Below are positions 27,485 to 38,430 of a stretch of DNA of 64,000 bases, piece by piece. Below the pieces are notes generated by a model. The model saw only the letters and a list, made by a program, of their open reading frames with translations, made no database searches and was not told the origin of the DNA. The stretch's first letter is position 1. Every line of letters begins with the position of its first letter. The translations under genes were made by a program, and so were the position numbers. The DNA comes from Marsupella aquatica (lineage: Eukaryota; Plantae; Marchantiophyta): positions 28,158,210 through 28,222,209 of the forward strand of contig OZ316893.1 in assembly GCA_973895155.1 (NCBI GenBank), read 5' to 3'.

Positions 27485-30400
27485 GACTGAACACTGAGTC
27501 TAGATCCCACGCTGCAATTTCTCTGTACTCAGGAAGAGTGCATTCTCCAAAAATCACAAATGCAAGCCTACTTTGGTCTCAGCACTCTTAAACCAAAATC
27601 CTCCCGTAGAAAACCCAAGCTATACTCGAGTCAGCATGGACTACTCCTCATTCAAGTCGTCCACACCGATGTACTCAACGTCTAACATGGCTTGATTCAA
27701 TCGGAACGTCCTACAGAGCAACGTTACCACTTTTACGTCTCCCTCCACGACGTAAACATTGACGTCGTTATACCCTAAACACATTACATCCTCTAATACG
27801 TCGTTAATATTGAACGACGACCAAAACGACGTTTAGGACAGCTCATCCAGAGACGTTAATTTTAAACGTGTTTCCAGCGACGTTAAAATGGGGGCAATCG
27901 GCGCTTAGATTTCTCCGACATCGCCGTTACGTCGGACGTAGTTATAAACGTAGTCATGGAAGTCGTTAATTATATTAACGACGATTATGAGGAGGTATTG
28001 TTTGCATCCGATGCAACAAAATCTAGTTGTGTTAGGGTCCATCTAACGTCAATTTATGTGTAGCACCAGGCGCTAATAAAAGCAAATGACATAAAACGAA
28101 TTCCTAAAGGAGACATTGGATGATTAGCGCCAGGCGCTAATATTGATATCATTTCATATTACGAACGTATACAATGGTAAAAACTAGAAGTAGGAGCCTT
28201 CAAAAGGCTGAAAAAGCTTTGTTTTTTGCTAGCGCTGGGCGCTAGTTTTCTTTTGTATCAGAAATATGAGAAAACCGGATTTTTGGGAAAGTAATGGCGT
28301 ATTAACGCCTCTTATGGCTCTATATTGAATTCCCAACTGACATAAAAATTGAAGATTTTAGGCCTTGGAAATTACTAGCGCCGGACGCTACTATTTGGTG
28401 AGTAAATTAAAATGAATTTGATATATTCTCAGGTTTTCCTTTCAACGGTCATATTCAACGGTAACTATAGGTTGCGTGACCCTCAATACATCAATCCCCT
28501 TTGGTGTTGTCGAATAAGATAACAACATGTGTCACAGATCCAGGCCAGTGGTTCAATTTCCTTAGCATATATGTCATGCTTTTTGCTCTAGATTCTTTTT
28601 ATTTCCCATGTTAAGTACAGTACGATCAAAGTTGTTTGACGGGTTTTTGCCGTTCGTGGTACGGAAAGAGCGCGGTGGTCGTCAGTGCTTTCTTCGCCCT
28701 TGTGCGAGCAATGGACCCTATCTTATCCTCCTCTCAATGCTTTAGTGGAAACAGACACAGAGAGGTCGTTCCCTCGCAAACATCTGAGTGCTCATTTTCA
28801 GGATCTTTGTATAGTCGTCGAGTGACTTGATCCACTGCTTTGCGAGCTCCTAAAGCACAACCCGCTGTATCATTCCCGAATAGCAAGAGAGGGAAGATGG
28901 ATGATTCTGATTTGTTTGCTGTGGAGGACTTCGGAGAGACGTCGCTGACTGTTTACGATGTGATCTCCAAACACATTATGTCATTTGGAAAAGATTTTCG
29001 AGGACATGACAAGGATCCGCCAAGGATTCCAATGTGCCGATTACTTCATATGGAAGTAGTGCGAACATTACAGAAGGGAAGTCCTTCGATAGTGAAGCTG
29101 AAAGACTCCTTTTAGAGCATAGGATACAATTCTAAGATCAACATGCTTTTTTATGTCCAACCAACAGATTCCAATGGAGAAGTCCAGATCTGCATGCCAG
29201 AGATTCGTGCTTCCTAGGATGCAATTTGGGTCGCAGAGAACAAAAAGTTTGAGGCGAAATGTGCTGCCAACCCTGACTTCTCTGTCTAGCAGGATAAGAT
29301 GTTTTATGTGTTTGATGGAAACCATCGACTCTACGCATGGTCCATCATCACGAAGGAGAATCCAGATGATGTGAAATACCATCCTCGCGTCCAGTGCACA
29401 ATATTCAAGGGAGAAAGGGGTCCTTGATCGAGATTGAGGCGGCGATGCACACTATTAACCAATAAGTGTCTCTTCCAATATATTTCTATTCTAATCTATG
29501 ATCACTGTGTTTCACTAGCGTCGGGCGCTACTGACTCCCTCTCTTGTTTTCAGGCTTGGGCAAGCAGTGGTCAAACCCTCTTGGATACTTGACGCAGACC
29601 GTATCAACCAAATTCTCTCGAATGAACTCGATTACTACAAGTCTATCATTGATGCTGCAAACTTCAAGAAGTTTGGGCAGATCATGCAGAAAACACGGAA
29701 GGGATTGTGGAATACAAAAAAATGCCTCAAGAAGCGCTTCTGTACATCTTGTGTGAGAATAAGATCAAGTCTTATTCTTGACAGTTTAAGATGGATTTGG
29801 AACATGATGCCGCTCAGGGTACACCTTGGTCTCCCGGAGAGATTTCAAAAAGACATGCAATGATGATGAAGGAGGCAACAAAGGATTGGGCGATAAAGGT
29901 GTCAAAAATCACTCCTCTATTAAGCCCCGCTTTTGAGGATTTAATGCGGACATGTGCTGAGATGTACCCCCTCACAGAGAAGAATAAGAGAGAGAAGAAG
30001 CCGGATGCAGTTGTCTATACAATGGATCGAGCAAGATTGTTTACTGCTGTCTCTGCCCTTGACCCCAAGCTGAGGAGTACCCTTCTGGTTGCCCATTATA
30101 CACCGGAGCTGAGGAAACAATTCTTCCATCCACAGAGCGTTAATGACGATCCAGTGAAGCAATGGTGCCATACTTGGCAAACTTGGAACACTGTGGAGGG
30201 AATTGCTATTGGTTTGCTGCAAACCTCCCTACGCCAGGTCAGTGATATAGTCCCCGCCAATCGGTTGCAGGAGTGGGAGTGTGAGTCGATTGAATCACTT
30301 ATTGAAATAGTCTCAAATAACTTCAAGAAATTCAGGGACGCTGTGAAAGGCAAGTTTTTTAATACAATGTGGCCTTCCAAGTATCCCGACAAGGCTGACT

Positions 30401-33400
30401 ACACCCTCAAGAATCAGAAGAGGGCCAAACAATACCTGTACCGTTTCTTCATGCACATGGAGATTGTGAAGCCAGATTACTTTTGGGCATACCCTGCTGC
30501 TTTCCAAAAGTGGATCGTTGTTCCTGAAGGAGACATACTGGCCAACGTGTATTCAATGTATCCCGTTGAAGGGTGTCTTCCACCAAGAAAACTGTCAGAA
30601 TGGGAGAGAATTCATTGTCCTTGGTATTTGGACACCGATAGATGGGACTCTCCATTCGGAGACACTGAGAAAGACGCATTTCATAAGCTTTCAAAGTCTC
30701 AGGTCCCTCCCAAGTTTGTGTCCGACATGAAGCAGGGAATTGAAGGTGATGTGAGCAAGTCGGCGGCAGAATTACAAACGGTGTGCGAAACTACGGTTGT
30801 TCATGTTGACCGAAGTCGCAAACCTAGAGCCAAAGCAAAAACCGAAGCTGTGGCACCGAGTACATCAATGCGGTCCGCCAAAAAACGTAAGTTGTCATTC
30901 AGCTTGTAGCTTCACATTTTGGTTAGGGCCAGGCGCTGCTATATGACTATGTCTATTGGTTTGTTTTTTCAATTGGTTTGGACAGCGCCTGGCGCTATTA
31001 TTCAGCATTGAATAAATTTTGCTCTTTTTCCTTTAGGTGGGAGAAAGTCTGACGTTGCAACCGACGAAACAAAAGTAGATGCGACTCCGGAGCCTTCTGA
31101 AGCCAATACCGGTGCCCGTCAGACCCAGTAACTCCAATTGACAAAGCGAAAGAGATTGTCCCTCTTGATGCAACCAGTACAAAGAAGAAGAAGAAAAGGG
31201 CAATTCAAGCTAGAGAATCTTCCCGAGATGATGCCACTGGAACTGGTGTTCAGAGAGATGTGGGAACCTTCAAGAGCAAATCTTCTAGGCATTGCATGGT
31301 GGAAACAAGTATCCAAGAATTTATTGATACTGCTTTCAACAAAGCAGCGAAACCAGATTGGGTGACTGATGCAGAGAAATGGGGAAAGGACTTAATCAAG
31401 TCGGGTTCCCGAGAAAGGGAGTAATCAAAGGAGGAAAAGAAAGATTGTGACGCCACCGGTACGGCGGTTAATGAGTGATTCGGTCTAACTGTGCTTAGCA
31501 CACGCGTTAGGAGTGTCTTAGGCCGCTATTATTAGCATAACGATAGTATTTAGGTAATCATTATGGGTAGGACATCATTAGGCAATAAGGGGGAATTCAG
31601 GTTCGGATTGGCGGCGGGTCGCTATTCGCACACCCAGGTTACGAGCGTGGAGGGGCCCCTCCCTCAGGTCCGTATAACAAACTTAAGGAAGCGGCCACTG
31701 ACACGTGCTGACTCAGACCGGCGAAGTGGCCGGTACACCACAAGCGTGAGCGGTTCAGCCTATGGGCGTCGAGAAGACGTCGGGGGATCGACAAGCCCTC
31801 AAGGTATAAAAGGGCAGCCAACCCTTTGTAGTGCACCAGTCCATCAGTCCACGCGCCAACCCCAGCTCTCTCGTTTGCTCTAAGTTGCCACTACTATCTC
31901 CTCTGAATGTCGCACACGATCCTCTCCAGCTCGGCCATTCGATTCTGGACGCAATTCCTATCTACCGGAAGGCACTTGGCCGACTCATTGAAACACGCCA
32001 ACCCGCGCCGATACAAAATCGAACGCAAGTACGAGAGAGCCATCCGCCTAGCAGGACGACACCACTACATCCTTAACTTTGACTACCCGTCTCAGAGCGA
32101 GCTTTACCGACCAGCAGAGGTATCTGGGTACTTCTTCAACGCAGACAAATATATCGGTTTGTGGGAAGCATTGCTTCGGTTTCCGGACGAGGTCTTCAAT
32201 ATCCCGGGTACGATTGACTTGCAACGACATCACTTTGACCACATCCCTGCTCAGGTTCGGGCTATCATCAACAGCAAGTCTAGCACTACCCGTTCGACAA
32301 GGTCGTCTGCACTTGCTTTGGAGAACTTCTACCAGCATCTACAGAGCTTCATGGGAACTCGGCCATCAACCAACATGACCAACTCAGTCGAACCCGTACC
32401 TGTACCCATACCCGTACCCATACCCATGCAACCTCAGGCTCAACCTCAGGCTCAGCTTCAGCTTCAGCCTCAGCCGCAGCCTAGCCAAACCCCACCACCG
32501 ATCGCCCAGCCAGCACAAGTACACTCCGTCATCAACGCTGTGGATCTTAGCGATGACGACGAGGCTACCCCACCCTTGACCAGGCGGCCCAGAGGAACAA
32601 GCGCTTAGGGGGCCGACACTATATCGTCCCCACCCCCTGCTCTGACCCCAGGAGCGGCCCCGACAGACAACATGGTGACCGTGGCCGACCCGGGCCCGTT
32701 ACTAACGGCAGTGGCATTACCCAGGCCCGATCGGGAGGATGGGGAGGTGTCACCTTCCCCGAGCCAGTCACGGGGAAAGAAGAGGAAGGAATCCACCACT
32801 GCATCCGGGTTACCTTTGGTCATGGTAGCCGTAGCCAAGGTGACGATGCACCACATGGGGGAAAACGTTCACAAAAACATCCTCCATCCCAAGCATGTGG
32901 TGTACCTGAAGACTCAGGGATTCAAGCACCTCGCCTCCCTCCCCTGGAACACTTGCAGGTACTATGGGGAGGACATGACGGAGTTCATCAGGAATTATGA
33001 CGACGCGCGTCAACATACTCGGTTGCGGGGAAGGAGTATGTCCCTCATGGAAGAACGGCTCAGGATGATCTTTGGGTTACCCAAAGGTGACCATCGAGTC
33101 GAATCACGGGCTCCCGGGGGCAAGGGAGCCAAGTACCAATCTTCAAGTTTTCCCTCAGAGGGAGCAGTGGACAACGGGTTCGTGATGAGGACCTGTCTCA
33201 TCCCCGAGATAGCTGAGCGACTGGAGTTCCAGAGGTACGCCCTCCACATGATGGAACCCCGGGGAGAGATCTCCGCCGCCCAGGTTATCCAGGTCGAGAA
33301 CTATCGACCTAGGAGGTGGGCGTCGTACTTCGCTAAGAAATTCCATGAAGAGATGGAGCGGCGAAGGAAGACGCTGTACATTGGCGGGAAGGCGTATTTC

Positions 33401-33716
33401 GCTAGCCACATCGAGATCATTCTTGAGTGGTACGCTCTTTTTGATCAATGAACCCTTCCCCGTGTCAACGTTACAAAGCTGGTCCCAGCTAGGTGGGTTT
33501 TCCCAGCCTTGGAGAGACGGCCCCAACCCGAGGCCCGAAGTCCAGCAGACACGCCAGCTTCACCCACCCCACCTCCACAAGTAGCTGTAGTCGTAACCGA
33601 GGAGGTACCGGATGGGTCGGTTGTCGCAACCGTTGATGCGACCCAACAAGCTGGGCTAAATACAGAAGTCGGTACGGCGGAGGTCTTACCCGAGCCCGGT
33701 TCTCCCAAAGACCCAC

Positions 33717-36700
33717 TGTGGTGCGTCCCATGGCTCCCTAAATCCAAGAAACCCCCCAGCTCAAGCCGATTCCTGCAGGTTTCGTGCTTGGCGAGGCCGT
33801 TTCCGCGGCTTAGCGGCATGGGACGCTGCTAACTTTCTACTACTACTATTAACATTTTACACACATATACTGGACAGATCCTTCATCGGGTCATGAGATA
33901 CGTAGCCGGCCTAATATAGGCCTTCCCCTGTCTTCCCCTGTCTTCCCCTCCGTCTTGTTAGGTATGTTTGGATTCCGCCGCCGGAATGATCCCCAATAGG
34001 CTTGGTTAAGCCGCTAAGACCTCTCTCAGCTCGACACATCCAACTCTCACTCCCCTGCTTACTTTCCTTCCTTCTGTTGATGTGGGCACTCTTCACACAA
34101 GTTAATGCGACACACAAATAGCAAAATGACTCATTCTGACTGAGTCATACCATGCACTTGCCATACAAACAGTACATCTCATACACAAGTTCTGCGAACT
34201 AAGCCGTGAGGCCAACTCTATTCAGCTCTTAGGCATGAGGAAACATGAATATACACAAGGGTCACTGTATGACTAACCGAGAGCTTCTCGTACTACTTGA
34301 TCCCAGCCCGGCTGGTGCAAACTAAAAACTTGCTAAAGAAGAGGCCCTGAGCTCCCCGCTGCCCAGGTACTTATCCTGGTAGTGGATCCGCCATTCTTTG
34401 CATCGTAAGCCTAATCTACTTAACAGTAATCTACTTGCCCGAATCTACCTATGTACAGCAAGGCAGGAGCACAAGTGTTGCTCCTACCAGTGGGACCGCA
34501 ATCCCACTAAGCTAAGTGTCAGGGCCGCTCCTGGTTCTGATCCTAATCCTAAACGTGGAGATCCGCGCCCGCCCTGCCCACTCACGCCTCCTCCCTCCAC
34601 GTCCGCCCTCCCTAAAAGGAACGGCGCCCTTGCACCGTCACGACACCGGTGGTGGATCCTCAATGGACGCCCCCAACACTTCCTCCTCAGCCACTGCCGT
34701 TGGCCCGCCTACTGACAGATTACCTGCCCTTGACCGAGTCAACTCTCCATCGGCCTGACTGGGTCCACCTTCGGCTTCAGCCTCGACACCGGCCTCGGCA
34801 ATACCCACGGCTTCGGCCTCAGCCACTCCCACGGCTTCGGCTTCAGCCACTCCCACGGCTTCGGCTTCAGCCACTCCCACGGCTTCGGCTTCAGCCACCC
34901 CCACGGCTTCGGCCTCCCCTTCCCCTAGGGTAGTTGGATCCTTAGCCGTGACCCTGTCTGGGGTCGGTGCTGGGTCTACCTCCTTGATCACCACGGCCTG
35001 TGAAGTCGTATTACTCCTTGACCCTGGAGGTTTCCGCTTCTTCTTCGTTGGTGGCTCGGCAGCTGGTCCCTTCCCCTTCCCACTTACTTCCGGCACTGGT
35101 GCAGTTGACGCGGCTTGTCCTTCGGCAATTACCACCCCTGGTAACTGGTTTGTCCCAACGGGAGATGGACCTGCTACAGCTAAGCATTTAAATACTGCGG
35201 CTTGTTTCTTCAGCCGCTCTGTTTGGTTGTCGGCCCGCCGCTGTAGGTTCTCCATCTTCCTCGTGATTTCCTCCAACTCCTCTTGGGTTTCATCCAGGTC
35301 CTTACGTGCCCCCTCCAGCTCGTTTTTGGCCTCCTCCTGCTCCCTGTGGGCTTCCTCCAATTCCTTCTTCAAGGTAGCCCTCTCCTCCTGGGTTGCTCTT
35401 AGCTCCTTGTCGAGCTCTGCAATGATGACAGACTCCATCTGGTTCATCTTGGCGTAAGTCTGTTCGAGCATTTCGTCCTTCTCCCTTAGGTCGGCCTTGA
35501 AGCTGGCCGTCAGGGACGCAAGCTCCTGCTGCAGCGCCATAATCCCTTGATAGGATTTCCCTAACTCGACCTCCTTCTGCTCAAGGGCTCCGCGGATTTT
35601 CTCGAGCTCCCCTTTCAACGCCCATTCCTTTCTTTGGGTCTCCGCCATGGCCCGGCTGTTGGCTGTTATGTGGGCCTCCTTTGTATTCTTCAGCTCTTGC
35701 TTCCACTTCTCCCTCTCTTTGATCGTGTCGGCCAACTCTTCCTGCGTCTGAGTCAGTTTATCCTTGATATTCTGATTATCAGCCTGCGCGGCGTCCAACT
35801 GCCCCTGCATGATGTTCAGCTCATGTCGTTTAATCCGCAGTTCATCTTGGGCTTTCTTGGCCGCCCTTAGATCTTCAATCTCGGCTCCCATCCTCCTAAG
35901 CCATCGAATGACCTCGTCCTTCTTGCTTCTCTCTAAAGCCACCGCTTCTTCTAATTGGTGCTTCTCCAACTGCTCCCTATGGAAAAAGGGTCCTACCTCC
36001 AACTCCTCTCCAAAGATGCCGAGCGCAAGTTCCCCACACATCTCACCATACTCCATGGCTCTATTCTTAGCGTAGGTGGAGTAAGTAGAAGTGATCGGCA
36101 TCGCCCATCGTGGCCTCTGCTCCCAAGCCGTCCTGCGGATCTCTTCAATCGTGGCTAGAGGTTTGCTTCCTTTTTCGGCTAGCCGCCTGATGTCCTCCGG
36201 CCAATCTCCTCCTGGTAAATCCTTTTCCTTAGCCAGGGCGGCCTCTTCCTCCTGCTTGATTCGCTCCTGAAATTCCTGCACCGTCTGTTTTATGCCGTCG
36301 AAGCTCGGGGGAGCAACATCTGGTGGGGGAGACTCAGGGCTACTCTGCTGGTTGGGGTCCCCTCGCACTACCCTTGGAAGTGTGGGGACAAACCGGCCAC
36401 AGGTCCTTACTCCTGGAACGTGATGGTCCGACCCATAGCCGGAATTATCATGGCTGCAGTCCTCCACTGCCTCCTCTACCTCTTGGATGTCCGGCTTCTC
36501 CCTCTCCTCTTCATCGGTAGGAGCTTCAGGCAATTCTGCCTCAGATTCGGAGCTTGAGGTTCCCACGTACATTCGAACACCTGGCTTGGATTCCGGCCTG
36601 ATTCTCTCCTTGTCTCCAGCAAAGGGGTTTTCTCTTGTGAGCCGGTGTAGGCCTACTTCTGTAGTAGTGTCCTGCATTGTTGCCGTTGCCGTTGTTGTTG

Positions 36701-38430
36701 TTGTTGCCGATGCCGATTTCTTTTCTTTCTCCAGTAGTTTCAGCAGACTCTGCATGCCTGGTTGCTGCATCGGCAAGTCTTCCTTCTTGGGCCTAAACAC
36801 CTGCTCGATCGTAGGACTAACAGGTGGTGGAGGCTTCTCAGCCAACGGCCTCGGTGTTGGAGCTTCCTCGGGTGCCCTTACCTGCAGGGGAAGTACCGGG
36901 GCAAAAGTCTGACCTCTGGCATACCGGCACAACAGCGGCATGTGATAGCCAAGCCGCGACATGCTCCCCATGCCGATTACCTGCTGCTCCTCCTTTAAGA
37001 TCTTCTTCAATTGGTTGAGGAGGTACCCGTTGTAGTCCCGGCTTGGGTCTGGCCTTTCTGCCAGATAGACATGTGCCTTGCCGATCTCTGCCCTCGGCAA
37101 GTTACAATGCATGGTCACCCGCAAGAAGTCGATCATCTCTCCTATGTGCGGGTTGGTGCAGGTGTTCCGGAAGAAGCCATTCTTCGTTGATGGCCCGGGG
37201 AACGACCGGAACTCCTTGTCAGGCAAGGTCTTCCTGGTATCAACTTTGGTCTTATTGCCCATCAGCAAGCCAAACACTTCGGCAATTACCTTGGGAGTAA
37301 GATAGAAATCCTTCCCATATATCCTCGTGCAATTGGTCTCGGGTTCCCATGACCCCACGAATTCTAATAGGTCTGACTCCGGTACCTCCGGCTTCAGCCA
37401 TGGTAATCTTACAAAGGCCTCCAAGCCGGATCCGGCCATGAAGCCTTGGTACTTCTTGGTCTGCATGGCCGTAAAGCATGCATCCTCCTCCCGTGCAAAA
37501 TGTAGTTGCACCTCCACCGGTAGGGTTGCCGCCCAGCCCTTCCAGGTGTCATCCCTGGTTGGAATGGCCTTGATGGGATCGACCTCCTCCTCTTCGGCTT
37601 CTCCCTGCCTCCTGCTCTGCTGCTCGGCTGGCTTCTTTGGTGCCGCCGACCTCGTTCTTTTTGCCGGGGTGGCTTCATCGTTGACGGCTCCCTTCCTCTT
37701 CATCTCTGCTGTCGTGGAGGTTTCTCCTAGCACCGTTGCCTGGGTCCACCTTTCCGTGCTACCCTTTAATTCCCAGTGTATGTCGTTGCAGTTCTTGATG
37801 GCCTCTCGGATGCCGACGACGCTGTCTTTGCAAAACAGAAGATCGTCGAGTTGATTGGAAGTAGGCGTCCACAGGAACTCGTCCTTGATGAGTTCGCCTC
37901 CTAAGAAAGCCGTCTTGTGCAGCTCCCACAATCGAGCGAGCTCCTGCCGTTCTCGAGCTGCCCTTTCTGACTCCTCGTCCTCGTAAGTCTTGATGTACTC
38001 AGTTGCCCGTTCGAACAGGCATCCCCAGAAATGTGCCGCTTGATTGACGTTGCTCATACCCTCCTTAGGTCGATCGTCGGTATCTACTCTCTCCCCGAGT
38101 GCTTGCCTAAGCAGCTGACAGTAGTTGGCCTCCCGTAGTCGTCTGCCTAGTTCGTGCTTGCAAATGAGCCACCATCTCCTGCAAGCGCTCCTTACCCCTC
38201 TCCTCTGTCGGTCCTTCTTCCCGTTGATCCTTCCTAGCCGCCGACGCTTAACGCGCCCTAACCCTAATCGGGTTTTCACCCTTAGCCTTACCTCCGGCCT
38301 CTGCCCGGGTTCCATGGTTGCCCCTAATTGTTTATATTTTCCTTGTTTTGTCACTATACTAAGGTGTTCCTAGGGTGCCTTCCTGCTTTACCCACTTAAC
38401 CGGCCGAGTGATTCCTGTCTAGGCATCACA
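33717..38430 (-). mobile_element. TG..CA solo-LTR-like unit, 4,714 bp, carrying an intact 1238-aa ORF
   Basis: Termini TGTGGTG..CATCACA. TSD CCCAC at 33712-33716 and 38431-38435. A second partial copy starts at 43755. Confidence 0.92.
34638..38354 (-). CDS. 1238-aa protein: plant-mobile-domain-like region, long coiled coil, AEAVGVAE repeats
   Basis: Uninterrupted ORF. LEFVGSWEPETNCTRIYGKDFYLTPKVIAEVFGL resembles the PMD core. E/K/Q heptad region. 24-bp tandem repeat at ~34790-34915. First ATG probably ~38315. Confidence 0.8.
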   Translation of the reverse strand: MTKQGKYKQLGATMEPGQRPEVRLRVKTRLGLGRVKRRRLGRINGKKDRQRRGVRSACRRWWLICKHELGRRLREANYCQLLRQALGERVDTDDRPKEGMSNVNQAAHFWGCLFERATEYIKTYEDEESERAARERQELARLWELHKTAFLGGELIKDEFLWTPTSNQLDDLLFCKDSVVGIREAIKNCNDIHWELKGSTERWTQATVLGETSTTAEMKRKGAVNDEATPAKRTRSAAPKKPAEQQSRRQGEAEEEEVDPIKAIPTRDDTWKGWAATLPVEVQLHFAREEDACFTAMQTKKYQGFMAGSGLEAFVRLPWLKPEVPESDLLEFVGSWEPETNCTRIYGKDFYLTPKVIAEVFGLLMGNKTKVDTRKTLPDKEFRSFPGPSTKNGFFRNTCTNPHIGEMIDFLRVTMHCNLPRAEIGKAHVYLAERPDPSRDYNGYLLNQLKKILKEEQQVIGMGSMSRLGYHMPLLCRYARGQTFAPVLPLQVRAPEEAPTPRPLAEKPPPPVSPTIEQVFRPKKEDLPMQQPGMQSLLKLLEKEKKSASATTTTTATATMQDTTTEVGLHRLTRENPFAGDKERIRPESKPGVRMYVGTSSSESEAELPEAPTDEEEREKPDIQEVEEAVEDCSHDNSGYGSDHHVPGVRTCGRFVPTLPRVVRGDPNQQSSPESPPPDVAPPSFDGIKQTVQEFQERIKQEEEAALAKEKDLPGGDWPEDIRRLAEKGSKPLATIEEIRRTAWEQRPRWAMPITSTYSTYAKNRAMEYGEMCGELALGIFGEELEVGPFFHREQLEKHQLEEAVALERSKKDEVIRWLRRMGAEIEDLRAAKKAQDELRIKRHELNIMQGQLDAAQADNQNIKDKLTQTQEELADTIKEREKWKQELKNTKEAHITANSRAMAETQRKEWALKGELEKIRGALEQKEVELGKSYQGIMALQQELASLTASFKADLREKDEMLEQTYAKMNQMESVIIAELDKELRATQEERATLKKELEEAHREQEEAKNELEGARKDLDETQEELEEITRKMENLQRRADNQTERLKKQAAVFKCLAVAGPSPVGTNQLPGVVIAEGQAASTAPVPEVSGKGKGPAAEPPTKKKRKPPGSRSNTTSQAVVIKEVDPAPTPDRVTAKDPTTLGEGEAEAVGVAEAEAVGVAEAEAVGVAEAEAVGVAEAEAVGIAEAGVEAEAEGGPSQADGELTRSRAGNLSVGGPTAVAEEEVLGASIEDPPPVS

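Larger units (their letters stand above)
17508..28031 (+). mobile_element. Complete EnSpm/CACTA-superfamily element with CACAA termini, 10,524 bp
   Basis: Left TIR CACAACTACATT (17508) and right AATCTAGTTGTG (ends 28031), 11/12 inverted match. 3-bp TSD TTA at 17505-17507 and 28032-28034. Contains a CACTA-type transposase. Confidence 0.93.

Noticed and set aside
34649-38373. Plus-strand ORFs overlapping the 1238-aa gene, and similar antisense ORFs over gag-pol and the transposases
   Set aside because: They are shadow frames of GC-rich coding sequence with no independent motifs.
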